Origin: Phoronis australis
Lineage: Eukaryota; Animalia; Phoronida
NCBI GenBank assembly: GCA_002633005.1
Contig: NMRA01000011.1
Location: forward strand, 1,562,555 to 1,626,554
DNA length: 64,000 bases
Direction of reading: 5' to 3'
The notes beneath the pieces were generated by a model. The model was not told where the DNA came from. It ran no database searches and was given only the letters and a program-made list of their open reading frames with translations. Of the stretch, positions 12,846 through 27,793 are shown one piece after another (the first letter of the stretch is position 1; every line of letters begins with the position of its first letter). The position numbers were made by a program, and so were the translations under genes.

Positions 12846-15800
12846 TGTAACAGTATTAGTCAGTATTCATAGCAATGGTGAAATCAGTAGAAGTGGTAGT
12901 TCACATCTAATTTGGACAAGGTGGTATTTGAAATTGAACATTGTTCAATTCGAAAACATATTATATTTTATTTCATTGAGTGTGTCCTGATTTGACAAAA
13001 ACGAGTATTGTTATTCGGAATAATGCACAATTAAAATAAATTTTGTCTACGTTGGCAGCAAGTTTAGTAGTGTTTAATACGACTTGCTTAAATACAATAA
13101 AACACAAATGCAATGAAATCATGAATACAAAAACTGATATTGATGCTTTGTTTCTCCTTTTTCTGAAATGGGAACCGACCAACTTCAAAGCGGTAATGAC
13201 AATCACACGCAACCCTCGCCAACACGGCCCCCTATTAAACTCATGACATGGCAATAACTGCGAGAAACGAGCAAAAAATAGTCATTTTGGAAATCCAACT
13301 TCTAAGAAATAATATTTTGATAGTTTATAAACCCCTCACGAAACTAATTGACTTTGAATTTTTATTTCAATTAGTCCAACACGCCAATGTTAAACTGTGG
13401 TTCGTCAATAAGACAACCTAACGCGCGTTGCGATTTTTCTTGCACAGTAAGGGAGGAATTACGAATTCAGCAGGCTCAACATTACTATGCTAAGCAATCA
13501 CTGAAATGTCAAAATTACCCGCAGCTATCATGTCTGGATGAATGCGCATGGCGGATCAGTATCTAGGGAAAAAATTAAAGGTGACATTACAACTAACCCC
13601 CATTTAGTGCGTATTCCAGACGATACCGGTTTTCATAGGCCTAGTCTGATACCAATCATTCTTTTGTTAATCGCCAGGCCTAGCCCTTGGTCCGATGTCA
13701 CGACACAAACGCCAGTTACTATACCACGCTGAAAGTATACATTGTGGAGGCCTGGAAAGCGAACACTCGTCAAAAACAGATCGCGGCGAATCTTCTTCTC
13801 TTCTTCTTGGGGATGCTGATGTAAGATGTTATTGAAGTTGAATATTGCAAAGATTTTTAGAAAACATCACCGAGAAAACAGACGAAATATTAACTCTAAT
13901 CCCGATGCAGTTTTCAAATTCCCCCCTCGCCCCATAATTATTTATATGCACGCACGCGCTCAAAGAAGTCCGACTGGCTGCTGCATGAAATCACCATCGT
14001 TTGGTTTACAACAAAGGTGATAGGTCACATTTTCCATATAAGGGAAATGTGATAAATGTGAAAACCAATGCAATTTGGTCGTTCTTCACGTTCTGTGCCG
14101 CTTCAATGTAAGCAATGTATCAACTTTCGTGAAATCAAAGGGGGATGGCGACATCGGTAAAATTGCCTTTGTTTCAAATTATACACAGTCCTTAAGATGC
14201 TCGTCCTGGCACCTAACCGGACTTATTCCTACAGGCAGTGCGAGGTCTCCTTATTTGTAAACGTCATATCTTGAAGGTGAATGAAAATATGGTGACTTTG
14301 ATATGAGCTCGTGCACGCATATATAAGATTTGTGAGAGGGAAATTCGAAACTGGGTTCGGAAGAAGTTTTTCTTTTGTGTTTTACAAAACTGGCGAACTT
14401 TGATGAGCTCAGTGAAGAGACCTTCACCGATTGAAGTGAAAAAATTCTCGTACAGGTTATGAAGGCTTTGTTTCGAATTGTCTAAAATGTATTTAAACGA
14501 TTTTCACGTTCAATTCCCAGTTAATAAGCAAGTTCAATTCTTACACGATGAAAATAATAAAAAACTAGCATCCAGATAAATGCCCGGATGAATTGTTAAC
14601 CTGAGGTCCATTGACAAAGTTTCTTTTTCACTAAACCGTTTTGGTTTATGATGACGTCAATAAGGGTAATAACGGTCACTTAAAAAGGTCCTGCAATATG
14701 AGAACCCGCTTTCTCCACTGAATAATGGGTGTCAAACTGGTTCTCAAAATCGGAGCCCCTATGACAGAAGAATTAATCTATAAAGTCGAATGGCACATGT
14801 GGGAGCCAGGCACGAACAATCTCTAGACAAATGTATGTTCATAAGTAAAGCTTAAATAATTTAGAAATTTTTCATTCTAATCATTATCAAACCCCCCACT
14901 CTGTCGCCCCAACTCGGCCCCATCATCGTCACACTCTCCTTCAGGGCCTATATAAACGCTTGTCAATCGCCTCCCAGTTCCCGCTTAGGCTACTGCGGTG
15001 CTATGCACAAGGATTCCGAAACACAACTGCGTATGCTCGTAATTTAGGTACTACCCTGCAAACACCTAGGTTGAGCAACATTAATCATTTTTGTTTAACC
15101 TCCAGGTAACTGAATTATTGCATGACTTCAACACTATTGTTTAACCAGGTCATCCCGACCAGTAGTCGTGTGTTTTGTTATTGGTATTGGGCGCATAACA
15201 ACCAATTCGGGCTCCCTGCGAGGAAAAATCATGAAAATGTCAACAAACCTCAACTTAATACCTTAACTATAATTTTCTCACGATGTAGGACTGATGATGT
15301 TTTCACGTCCCCCGGGGTTAGAGGCAAGAACACGAACATCAAGGGTTGTGAAGCCATCCCTTTCAAATTTCTAAATGAAGCCGCTATTGAAGAATGGTGC
15401 AGCATGCTTTGGTAAAACAGCCTCTGGGTGATTTTGACTTTTTAGTCTTAGGCGATCACGACTCACGCTTGTGTTTGTCACAGCCCGCGTGTCAATTTCT
15501 AATATCAAAGGCAAATTATACAGCCTTCACGCCAGAATAGAGTACGACAGTACCGCCGCACGTCAGTAAATGATTAAATTAGCATTTATTAACTAAAATG
15601 TCCAGCGTTGATGCAAACATAAACAACTACTTCCTAGCGCAAACATGTTTTAAAATGGCTTCTCTTGATTAGGCTTACCTTAACTGGCAAAAGTAACAAC
15701 TCTGAGAGCACACGTATTTTTACTCACTGCCTGGGGAATCTATGCTTAATTAATGCATTTCATAACTTATACTTGAATAAGGGTTAGTTTTAACAAGCAG

Positions 15801-17584
15801 AATATCCAGTTTATTACTGTTTTCTGTAAATTACTTTGACATTTGTGTTGATCAAAAAGTAGTTCTCGAATTCGTGTGCCAAGAACTGTTTCATGGCCAC
15901 ATCAAGTCACACGCAAATGCCAGTAAAAGGGCTATTCATACTTAACATGACATGGAATAGCGGAGATATTTTACATGATTTGTATAGTGAGGTTGATGTC
16001 AATGCATTTAAATGGTGCTGGTAAACTCCGATAAATTAATATGAAAAATATCAATTACGTAACGAGTCTTGATACCACAATTGTTAACAGCGATAAAGAT
16101 ATCAACAAATTGTTGTTTACCTAATCATCACTGTTAAGTGGTGGCAGTTTTTTCATTATACTCTACTACATACCCTAACGAAAACCCTGGTGATCAGTGT
16201 AATGGGCCTACCTGAGCGACCTGCGCACCTCTGGTAACGTGACCGCCTGCAATTGTTCGTTTTAACTCAAAATGTGAGAATGATAAACATATTTGGAGAA
16301 CAACTAGCGTTTTCTGTTAAGTAACTGTTAGTGTATATCCAGCTCTGTTGTATTTGCATCAACGTACCCTTTGGCATGAATGCTTGGATCTCAGAACGAG
16401 TTGGACACACTGCACCTGCAGTATCGAGACCACCACAAGCGACATTTGGCACTTAACCTAAAAATCGTATCGAGAAGGTATCAGGGACGACAGGACTAGC
16501 GAGAAGCTCGGGGCATGCATAAAGTGCGATTCACAACGTCCGTGTTATCTGCCATCTGCTTGTTACACAAGTTGTCAACACTAGAGATAGCGGATGCTAT
16601 CGCGTTATATTTTGCACTTAATGCTCTTCCTGTTTACTATGGAATTCCAAGCCTTTCGGTTGTTAAGGCTTTCAGGTTTTACACATTAGCGCGTTGTTCT
16701 AGGCATGCATGTATTAAATAACGAAAAGGTTCATTTCAAAGTCTTGTGCAGTGGTAGTAAATACGGCCACTTCAGACTCTCGTTTATACAGTATGAACTT
16801 GATTCAGGTTCTGGCAGACCGAAGTGGAATCTGCTGGCTAAAGTCGCTGTCGTGCTGACATACACATTTGGCTAGGCCCTATGAGTTGACATGAGGCCGG
16901 AATGGTCCCCACTGTCGACTGAGTGGGACTGATATTTTAGTGATGTGTATTGATACGGCAGTTTCAAAGATAAATCAATACAGAGCACTAAGACTACTTT
17001 CATAAAGTCCCATTTATGGACCAATCATGAAAATCTGATACCGAAAAAGTTTCCTGCTCATAGGGATAACCTCAAAATTTATTGTTATTTCGTCAGCTTC
17101 CGTAAAGTCACTATCAATGATTTTGAGACTTTGGATTTTGTATTTATCAACTGATTTGGCCAATGCACCTGGGATATACATAGAACAACGAATGTAGAAC
17201 ACCTGAATCTAAGTCTCTAGTGGTCAAGTAAAAAATTTAGAACCGGGGCATTGCAAACTGTCATGTGCGCTATGGGCCAGACAAGCTACACGTCACATAG
17301 TAGTATTACTTGAAAGCCAGCGTTATTTTTTATAATACTGTACATGCAGGCCTAGTTAAAGCGTTGACGTGTAAAACCTGTACGCTTTAACAACTTTCAG
17401 GCTTGGAATTCCATGGTTTCAAACTTACATCGGGTATCTGACAACACACCGTCGAAATGTTGATACAATAAGTTTCACAACTGCTCATAGTCAGTACTAA
17501 ATGTTCACACATTATATTGTGAATATCAGTACAAAAATAAGCTTAAGATAAGGATTTCGTGGTTGCCAATTTTTGACATCAAAG

Positions 17585-17780
17585 CCGTCATCGTCATCAA
17601 TAAGCCATCGGTACTGTCATCGTCATAGCCATCGTCATCTTTATCAACATCATCATCATTATCATCATCATCGCCACCACCATCGTCATCAACATTATCT
17701 TCATCATCATTACCACCAACATCATCATCATCATTATCATCATCGTCACCAGCATCGTCATCAACATCAACATTATCTTG

Positions 17781-17819
<39 letters not shown>

Positions 17820-18065
17820 TTCATCGTCGTCATCATCACCATCACCATCATCATCATCATCATCATCATTATCTTTATCGTCATTATCGTTATCATTGTC
17901 ATCTACATAATTTCCGTAGTCGTCGTCATAACCATCATCTTCATCATCATCTTCATCGTCATCGATGTAATGATCGTCATTGTCACCGTTCTCACCCTAT
18001 TCATCATCATCACTGTCGTAATCGTCATCGCCATCATTACCGTCGTCAACACCATCACCTCCACC
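17585..18065. repeat. Long degenerate (CAT)n microsatellite
   Basis: cat/cgt/cac/tat triplet array; produces poly-His, poly-Ile and poly-Met pseudo-ORFs. Confidence 0.95.
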
Positions 18066-18301
18066 GAAAATTGCCATAATCAGCCCTCCCTGACATGTGA
18101 CTAGAGCTAGACTATGGGTGAAAGATCGATCAACTCAACGAACACTCCACAACAATCAACATTCGCAGCTATTTTTATCATGAAATACACGTGTAACATA
18201 AAAGAGCAGGGCCAAAATATGTCCCCATTTACAGCCAACGGTCTTTAGAGCCGGTGATTGAAAAGCAGACTCAGCGCTGAAGCCAGTGTAATGGTTAGGA
18301 A

Positions 18302-19074
18302 CAGTGGCGGNNNNNNNNNNNNNNNNNNNNNNNNNNNNNNNNNNNNNNNNNNNNNNNNNNNNNNNNNNNNNNNNNNNNNNNNNNNNNNNNNNNNNNNNNN
18401 NNNNNNNNNNNNNNNNNNNNNNNNNNNNNNNNNNNNNNNNNNNNNNNNNNNNNNNNNNNNNNNNNNNNNNNNNNNNNNNNNNNNNNNNNNNNNNNNNNNN
18501 NNNNNNNNNNNNNNNNNNNNNNNNNNNNNNNNNNNNNNNNNNNNNNNNNNNNNNNNNNNNNNNNNNNNNNNNNNNNNNNNNNNNNNNNNNNNNNNNNNNN
18601 NNNNNNNNNNNNNNNNNNNNNNNNNNNNNNNNNNNNNNNNNNNNNNNNNNNNNNNNNNNNNNNNNNNNNNNNNNNNNNNNNNNNNNNNNNNNNNNNNNNN
18701 NNNNNNNNNNNNNNNNNNNNNNNNNNNNNNNNNNNNNNNNNNNNNNNNNNNNNNNNNNNNNNNNNNNNNNNNNNNNNNNNNNNNNNNNNNNNNNNNNNNN
18801 NNNNNNNNNNNNNNNNNNNNNNNNNNNNNNNNNNNNNNNNNNNNNNNNNNNNNNNNNNNNNNNNNNNNNNNNNNNNNNNNNNNNNNNNNNNNNNNNNNNN
18901 NNNNNNNNNNNNNNNNNNNNNNNNNNNNNNNNNNNNNNNNNNNNNNNNNNNNNNNNNNNNNNNNNNNNNNNNNNNNNNNNNNNNNNNNNNNNNNNNNNNN
19001 NNNNNNNNNNNNNNNNNNNNNNNNNNNNNNNNNNNNNNNNNNNNNNCTGCCCCCCCCCCCTAAATCCGCCTATG
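18302..19074. mobile_element. hAT5-like non-autonomous element spanning an assembly gap
   Basis: Starts CAGTGGCGG, ends TAAATCCGCCTATG; flanks AGGAA/AGGCA (4/5 match); interior is N. Confidence 0.55.
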
Positions 19075-22000
19075 AGGCAATAAAGTTGAAGAATTTCTAC
19101 GCGAAGTTTGTCACTGTGCGTTGATAACCTCGTAGTGTAGGCAAGGTTTAATGCGTTCAGAAAACGTAAAGAATACCAATCCTATTGTTGCACACATGGG
19201 TTCACTTTGAGAAAGTCGAGTCCAACTGTTTTTGAAAGTATAAATCCTAAAGGTAAAATTTATTGACGACTTGTGACCTCATATAGATAACAGGGCCATA
19301 TCCGTGGAACATCTTTGCTTTATTTTGTTCTGCAAGGATACAAGTTTCATCGCTTTTAGATGAGCGCGTACTGGCATACTAAAGAGAGCACAGATGTGCA
19401 GCCAGTATTTACGTGCATTTGACAGTGAACCTGTCTCGCATGCCCTTCCTGGGTAAAGTGTGCTTTTAAAACATTGATCCTTCAATTTCCAAAAGGTAAA
19501 CTAATTTTCTCCTTTCGCGAACCTGTAAAAATTCTTTTTCGTTAAGTCGGAAAAGGCGCCTCTGTCGACTGTTACATGTAGTATCATCCCCAGGTCTTGG
19601 ATGAACTATCATAATCTTTGGAAAAGACTTACTAAGGCGACATTTTGAAATGGATTGTTTACTGAGTAAACAGTCAACTGCTTAATGTTCGTGGTGAAGC
19701 GTTTGTTTTAATTACATTCGAAATTCAAAGCTGGAACACACATTCCACTTGCGGAGTTTTGCAAACACTATCTGTATTGGGTCAAAAAGATAAGAAAACA
19801 CCGGCTGAAACTTTGTTGGACTAAGTACGACAGACAGCCGGTCGTTCTCACCACTGTGAAAACTCAGGTATCTGAGGTGAAAGTACTGATAGCTAGATTA
19901 TGTGTCAGTTAAGTAGCTGCCACATGCGGATTCAACGTCAGTGTGACAACGTCAGTGATACAGTTTACGTAATAAACTACACTTTTATTATATCTGTTGA
20001 TCATAACTATGAATTGACTTAATTGCGTAAATTCAAAAACTAGTCAGCTACGTAATGCTGGGTAATTGTGATTCGCATTTGCATTGGTCGTTAATTAAAA
20101 CTGCTTTCTGTCAAAATATCACTTCAATTTGATGTAGTTTAATGTACCGCTATACATGTAAACCTGGTGCAGTGCATAGCTGTTTCTCACTAGGATTGAA
20201 AGTGCGTATTGCACTTGCAAAGGTGTGTCAGTTCGTTAATGGTAGAGATCGAAACCGGTATATGTCCAGTAATTATTTTTAACCCAAGTAAAAACATGTT
20301 CAGTTTCAGTGTAACGGTAAGTAGTTCCAGAACGCAGACTCAGTTATAATAGTTTAATCGAAATAATGAGAATGTTCTGTGTAAACGTAAAATAATTATT
20401 TTTGTACGGAAACGTGGCGAATTGCTAGCGAGCGAGTGTCGACAAATCGTCAAACAGGGTGAATGGCATTAAAATGGCAATAACATGAGAAACCACAGAC
20501 TAACTGCAGCTCTGAACAAATACACAAAGAGCTGCCATCCACATTATTCACTCATACACGTAGTTAGTTAACAGACCAGTGAACCACAATGTTTATCCAG
20601 CCAGCATGTTTTACACTTCGCACGACTTACACGCTAGGATGTACTGTACAATTATAGGCACCTTTTATTGAACGACTCTGACGATAGGTGGCATTACGAA
20701 CTTGGTTAAGACACTATATATAGTCTAGGTAAAGGGTGAAAAAAGCCTTGGAAACAGCGGTTCTTTGGACTATGTTGATAATTTTTGCAGGGGTGCCAAC
20801 ATTTTGGACAGTTTCTTAGCAACGGGTGGAGCGTTGCAAAACTTTTTTGTATTGCAAAGAGTTATCAATTTTGCCGGGACAGGTGTAATTCCATGTGAAT
20901 GTTGCCAAATATTAGCCCCTTGGCAGTTAAACATAGCAATCGCTGACTATAAGAGTAGTTAAAATATTGCATTAAACTGTGTATAAAGACAGTACGTTAA
21001 TAATAAATTTGCAATACTTATATTTGCTTATTCCGTGCTCACCTAATGTAACCCCCTATATATTCTTTGAGGAGTTTTAGAGCCTAGAGTGTGGTGATCA
21101 GTTTGATATTGTCACGTGACTACTGAGGTGTACTGCTAAGGTGTAGTTCACATTACAAGAATATGTTAAGGCCATCTTCATGCAACCTGGGAGGTATCGC
21201 ATTCTGTAAATAAGTTTTGAATTTTTGCGTCGAGTATTCATCGCTCATTATGCAATGTTTGAACTAGGACATGATTTGTGCTAAAATTTAGCCAGTCTGT
21301 ATTCTACTGGCTCACATTCTGCTCTGGAGCAATGTTATGGTATATGTTGGTCAAACCACGTGACCTACAGTTCATGATTATGTCTGAAAACAACTTTGTC
21401 CCGACTAGTGCTCGGACCCGGGACTTTCTGCTAACACGTGCAACACAATTTTATAATGTTATGGTATGTTTTGCAGTGCTGCGTTGATTATAGGCTTAGA
21501 GCCCATTATATTGTACAGCTGTATGCTGCCTTTTTTCATCAGTAGAATCTACACTCTGCTTCATTTTCCAACCCGTCCCCGGCCTGAGGTAAAGACGTTA
21601 CAACATTTGCATGAGATGTTTTTAAAAATGCCATTAAAAGAACAAAATATTTGAAAGAAAATACAGGAACTTTACATACACTAGAACAGTTGTACCAGTA
21701 ACTGCTACACTGTAGTTGGAAACTTATAAAGCACATTCATGTGCATTACGTATTGAATTGACAATTTTGGCACAACTTCACTATATTTGGCAAAAACATG
21801 TTAATATTAAACAAGGACCTGTCTGCCTTGTGAAGGTTGCTCTCGGAAATAGCCACAAAAGCAGTTTCATTGAAGACGTGGTCTCGTCAATCTGCCTCGT
21901 ACATGTATGTACTAAGTTTGAGGGACATTTGTTCGTGGTTCTCAGGCGTTTATCGTTGGTCTGACGTCACTTTCGCAGTTAGTCTTCACACAAGGTGTTT

Positions 22001-23045
22001 TGTCGCTTGCGGTGCGAAAGGTCGAGATACCCGTAGTTCTTGTCACTACATGAACTGAATTTTTAATTTACTTTTTTAGAATTGCAATCATAAATCAAAC
22101 TTTACAATCTATATTGAAAGCCACATTAAACCACGCTTTCGGTCAAAAACAGAATCTGATTTGACATTATCCTCTTACCATCACGAAATCGACATCAAAT
22201 TGTTCATTAGACAAATAATATTAAAAGCCATTTTAGAATTTAAGGCTTCCAAATAACTGACGCTTTAAGATCATCCTCGTAAAATTTCAGACCACTCCGT
22301 GACCTGAAATTCATGCGCTTGATCTAAAAAGAATGGACAGCCAATTCCCTTCGAGCCTATAGAGGACAAGTCTAAACTTTATGAGAAATAAGATACAAGG
22401 TATGACAATTTGGGGCCGTAAGTGGATTAAATCAAAACTGTTTTGGCAGAAGACAATGGTTTAATGTCCCTTGAACATTTGAATGCCAAAGGTTAAGGAG
22501 TTATCAGATACAGTCATTCAGTGGGAAAAATGGGAAACAGAACACTGAAGGAATCTCGAGAAGTTATGTTGTAACCGAAAAGGATGTCCATCAGGATGGT
22601 TAGAGTGACGTCATCTTGATACTGCCCACCCTATTGAAGCAGTTACCTCCCCTGGTGTGTTGCTGTAATGGTCGGATGAAGTGCTGAAAGTTGACGCACC
22701 TCACTAGTGGATAGAATTTTTCTGACTAATGTCGCAGATGTACCTGACAATGAAGTACCCAAACAAAATAATACATGTTCTGGGTGGGGTTCTGGTACAG
22801 AGTGGAGTTTCCAATAAGCGCTGGACAGTTCTTTACGTGCTTTACAAACGTTCAAGTTATCTTCTTTCCAGTTCTATCAAACTGTCATAATGTGTTGTGT
22901 CCAGGAAATCGTGAAAACGAGTCATGTCTGGGCCAATTCTGACGTCCAGCAGCCGCACACATCTCTTGGACTAGAACGCTACGGAAAATATCTCCAGTTA
23001 CTATTGTAATCCACAACTGAATATATCCTATATGAGTCCGGCAAG

Positions 23046-23119
23046 CATGGGCGGCACAGCACTGAAGTAAGTGGGGAGCTATAGCCCCCCCCCCAACCCC
23101 CCATGGTGCACCGCCCATG
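23046..23119. mobile_element. ~70-bp CATGGGCGG MITE
   Basis: TIR CATGGGCGG...CCGCCCATG; same family as 38897, 45816 and 62753; no TSD visible. Confidence 0.7.
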
Positions 23120-23290
23120 CACAGTCAGTGCCATAACCAAAATAACCACATCACTACGCAATGAACGGTCGTCTTTTGGTTGCCTTGCTTAGGAACGCCA
23201 AGTATGGAAGATATGCCTCTTCGTGGTTACAAGGTGAAAATTTGCCACGTGAACACCTGGACCGGCATTTGAACTTGAACTCAAACTTCT

Positions 23291-23538
23291 CATTCCCGCA
23301 CCCAGCCTTCAAAATGGGGGGCTCGGATTCTTGCCGTTGTGGACCTTTTGGTAACAAAAAGGCAGGCGGAATAAAATGAACGGGGCACCACTGTGAATCG
23401 CGCGTTTGTGCTTCTTTAGAGAAGTTTCAACTCATTTTCTTGGACTCTTGGTTTCTCAGAGGCGGACATTTTGGCCCACTTGGCCAAATGGGGGGGGCTC
23501 GTTCGAGTCCCCTGAGCCTCCCCATGGGTGCGCGCATG
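23291..23538 (+). mobile_element. Non-autonomous DNA element (CATGCCCGCACC family)
   Basis: Similar to 58311-58545 and to a 3' fragment at ~56988-57050; ends gggtgcgcgcatg. Confidence 0.55.
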
Positions 23539-26490
23539 CATTGCATTGCCATTTTCTGTTGTACATGAAAATGGACTCAGCCGCAGTGTCCGGGGCTATA
23601 TGCTCAAGTACCTTATGCATTGGTTGGTCCAGGTGAGCTTCTAGACCAAGTTCAGACTTAAAGACCCTCTTACTCGAACTGCAATTTTAAGCTAAAACAC
23701 AAAAATTTCGACTCCATCACAAAACAATGAAACTTAATGTCAAGATATTTAAAAACGTCTTAGAAAGTGTGGAAATAAGTTCGACCTCGAACGTACATTG
23801 AGATATACCGGGTAACCTGGACTGTTGTTAACGGTGAAGCATTGGTGTGCTGAAGCACATTTCAATGTTCAGTTTCAGTTCAGATTTGTTACCGCTTATG
23901 CAAAAATTTGTTGCCAGTTTCGAGGAATGGCACTAGATAGTTGAGCCCATCTTACGCTGACAATCTCTTGCATGGCTTTCTCTGATCTATGCTTTTCAAC
24001 AGTTGGACAGGTAATGGCCCAAACAATATCCATGCGTTAAGTACGACATTGATTTGTATTGCATGTAAACAATTACTTAACACCCAGTTGTCCTGAGTAC
24101 GTTTGCACCATCACCATCACCATTCTTAAGTGTGACTTCGCACCTGGCATTGCACCACACGTCTACTGGTGTTTAAGAAAACGAATCCTTAAGAACTGGC
24201 AATTTGCCAGCAGTAGTTGTCCAAAAGCTATGAAAGAAGAGGGGCATTACAATGTTTGTGTTTGAGGACGATGGTCAAATACATGTAGCCCTCATTTTAT
24301 GGCAACACGTTAAAATCTTGAACAAAGCTCTAAATCGCTTTAAAGTAGATTCTAAATGTGGGTTAACTATTTTTATTCGGTTCAAAGGCAGCCAAATTTT
24401 GACCTTTTTTTTACTACACAAATAAATATGCCAAGTTGGATTGACACGAATTCGTAATATTCACTGTCATAGCATTTTATTGCGCGCATTGCTTTACAAC
24501 CGGCTGCTTTGTAAAAGCAGAGGATAACTTGATAACCGTTGTAACGAAAAGTTAAAGCATATACAACTCAAATGGTTTATATATTGGCACTCTCTAAATG
24601 AGAGCGCGAAAGCGACTCCCGCGTTACCACCACTCAGATTCCGTAGACAGAAATTCAATAATATATTACTACATAGTAGATCAATAATTTAAAAAAGAGG
24701 ACCCTAATCCCACTGGTAGTTCGTCCAATCAATTAATGAATTAATTAGATCGAGTTCACTAATTTGTTTTAGTTTTTTGACATCGGATGGAATCGAAATT
24801 ATCTGCCTTAATTATCAATCGCAGCCACCGACTAATGTATTCAGCCGAGGGATCTCCGTTGCAGTAGGAAATGCATGGGACACTCATGATGGATATTTCA
24901 AGACGTTCCGTGAGCCTTTAATACTCCCACCGAACAGCAGTGGAAATTTTACAACATTATGATGGCAACAAAGGTATTAACGCGGTGATTATACCTGTAT
25001 GTAAAATCCTCCCCCCTGCATTTCACGGAATTTTAGGTGGCGTTGAACGCCTATCCACCGAAAACATGATGGCGTAGTGGCGGGATAGCGAATTTCAACA
25101 TGGCGCGGTTATTTCAAAAATCTCTTATTGAGAATATTTACTCTTATTACATTCTGTAATTTGCAATGCGTTACAACTGCTGCATATACGCGATTTTAGT
25201 GGTTACTGTGCCCGTTTAAGAACAGTTTACCTGTTGCTGATATCCATGATCAAGTCAATGACACACTGACTGCAACTGGAAATCGGCAGTCATCAGAAAG
25301 GAAAGCCTTACTCTTTTGTAGATGAACTTGTTTGCAGCCTCACACTTCCGTTTAAAAGAATTATATTGTTTGTTAATTTGAGTGAAAAGTCCCACATTGA
25401 TCACGAACTCCTTAGGAAAAGGCAACTGTTCCGTCTCCTTAGGGGCACTGCATGAATTCTGACTCATCGGCAAAGACATATTCTTATCGACATGTATAGA
25501 GAAAAGAGTTTTGGTAAAAAAGATAACAGCTCGAGAGAAACGAATTGTATCCATGACACAGAAGAACACTTAATCACTGAGGAGACGACAATGCAGTTAG
25601 TTAGTAAGATGGAAGACTGTCCCTCCCAGTAAAGTGTCCATTTTTGTGCATCTTATCAGAAAAAGTACAGATGGATTCATTGTTCACTATATACATGTAC
25701 ATGTACTACGTAATTTTGATCGCGCACATGCACTTAACAGAAAAAGATCACACGGACCATTTTAACGTTCAACTAAGCAATGCAAATAACGCGTGCATGT
25801 CAGAAACGCTTCAACAAATTGTTCACATTCAAGACGTACAATATGTGATGGAACTATTTTTGAAGCATTGTTTGCTAACGCAATTCAATCTCTTATTTTC
25901 CACAAAGCGTGATCATTGTTCATATAGTTATTCGCGTATACAGATACTGAAATGACAATACACAGCGTATGGGGATATCTTTTATGAATACCACCTACTC
26001 TATAACTGTGTTTTATTAATAACAACCGATACAATGCACCTACGGTTATTTTGGTATTTTCCCCGAAACGTCAAATTGACGTCATTGTATAAAGTAGGGC
26101 ACGGATTATGGCCATGCTCATTCGATCATATCGAGATGCTATCACGATTTTTCACTGCACGAGGAAATAACTGAAAATAAACACTATTGTCTACGGAAAA
26201 CTGGATATGTCAAAACAATGCGATGAAGGATAACATGATAATAACGAACATGCTCTCTCAACAGCAACTCAGTTTTAAACTTCTCGACGTCAGTTGAGTT
26301 ATGGTGTTGGCTTCAGAAACTGAATGTGACTATAGGAATTAGTGGTTTAAAGTTTCAGGATGAGCAAGAGTGTGTTGAGCTTAGTTGTTACGTAACAGAA
26401 AAAATGGCCAAGATATCATAAAGCAAACGTATCAACTCACCGCACATAACATAAGACGAAGGCTAGGCCTAGTAGTGGGCTAGCTGCACA

Positions 26491-26989
26491 CATGGTGCAG
26501 TGTTGCCATGAATTGTGCGAATGAGTAACCAGAGTTGATAGAACGCAACTTAGTTTATCATGAAAGAGATGCGGCAGAAGCGAGTTGTCAATTTCATTCG
26601 ATACAATATCCATCACTGTCCTTATGACTTAGCCGTGTACATACTACCTGCACAGACATGTACATGTTCATTTATTTATACAGTATGTACCGGTAATCGG
26701 AGTCTTATTCAGCCCAGATAAATGTGCGAGTAAACCAACCTCCCGTTCAGTAACGCATGGTGCAGTGTTGCCATGAATTGTGCGAATGAGTAACCAGAGT
26801 TGATAGAACGCAACTTAGTTTATCATGAAAGAGATGCGGCAGGAGCGAGTTGTCAATTTCATTCGATACAATATCCATCACTGTCCTTATGACTTAGCCG
26901 TGTACATACTACCTGCACAGACATGTACATGTTCATTGTACCGGTAATGCGGGGCCTTATGCAGCCCAGATAAGTGTGCGAGTAAACCA
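26491..26989. repeat. Local tandem duplication, two ~240-bp units
   Basis: 26491-26737 and 26756-26989 near-identical over the first ~180 bp, more diverged at the 3' end; no N at the junction. Confidence 0.85.
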
Positions 26990-27793
26990 GGTCGTTTGAG
27001 ATTGTTTTTGTTTACGGAGCGGCAACGTGAGGATCGGTGGTGTGTAAACTAATTCAGTGAATGAACAGTTTTCCACCACAATTACTTAAAGACTGGAAAA
27101 ACCAGGATTGAATTATAAGCTAACAAAAAAGGGAAAAATCCCTTACCGTGTCCTGGGGCTTTAGCTTGTCCACTTAATGTTTCATCTAAATGCCACGTGT
27201 TACAATCTTGACAGCCAATCTCCCAATGACAGCGTAAAAATTAGTGCGAGCGTGTTTAAGGGCCACGACTCGGCAAACCCCTTTTCACATTAGCTATCGG
27301 TAGCAGTAACCTTAACGCCTGTTTGATCACATCACCTTGAATTTCGTACTACAACTAGTAAGGGACAGAAAAGTAATGGTCCACGGTATTGTATTGTTAT
27401 ACTCCAAATTATGAAACTGATACGAGAAATTGTGTGATTTAGTGCCTGCCTGTCATATCAGCCAGCTGTGTTAATAAACCATCAACTGGCATTATTAGTA
27501 AACAAATAAAGTGTATTTATAGATCGGTTAGGGTACGACGTGACAATTGTCGTGACTCAAATAACAAAAGAATTTAACCTCAGGTAATTATTTGATTTCT
27601 AATCTATGCAAAATCAGAAGACACATGCTACACGTGTTATAAGTCTAGGTGATGTATAGTTAACGCATTTTATTTTCATTTTTACGATTTAAGAGTTTCT
27701 TTTTTGAAAACCTGCCAAGTGCAATAATGTTGGCGGATCGACTTTCACCTCTGAAAACGATAATTAGCATACGTGTCAATACGATTAAGTTAA

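Noticed and set aside
14949-14985. TATATAAA with a downstream Inr-like CAGTT
   Set aside because: No exon or ORF could be linked to it; the motif is common in AT-rich DNA
17573-18104. Poly-His, poly-Ile and poly-Met ORFs
   Set aside because: All are reading frames of a (CAT)n microsatellite with no flanking coding context
18258-19124. Long ORFs of 259-288 aa
   Set aside because: Artefacts of translating through an N gap
21385-21440. tRNA/SINE-like minus-strand segment
   Set aside because: B-box degenerate, no A-box, no second copy in the window
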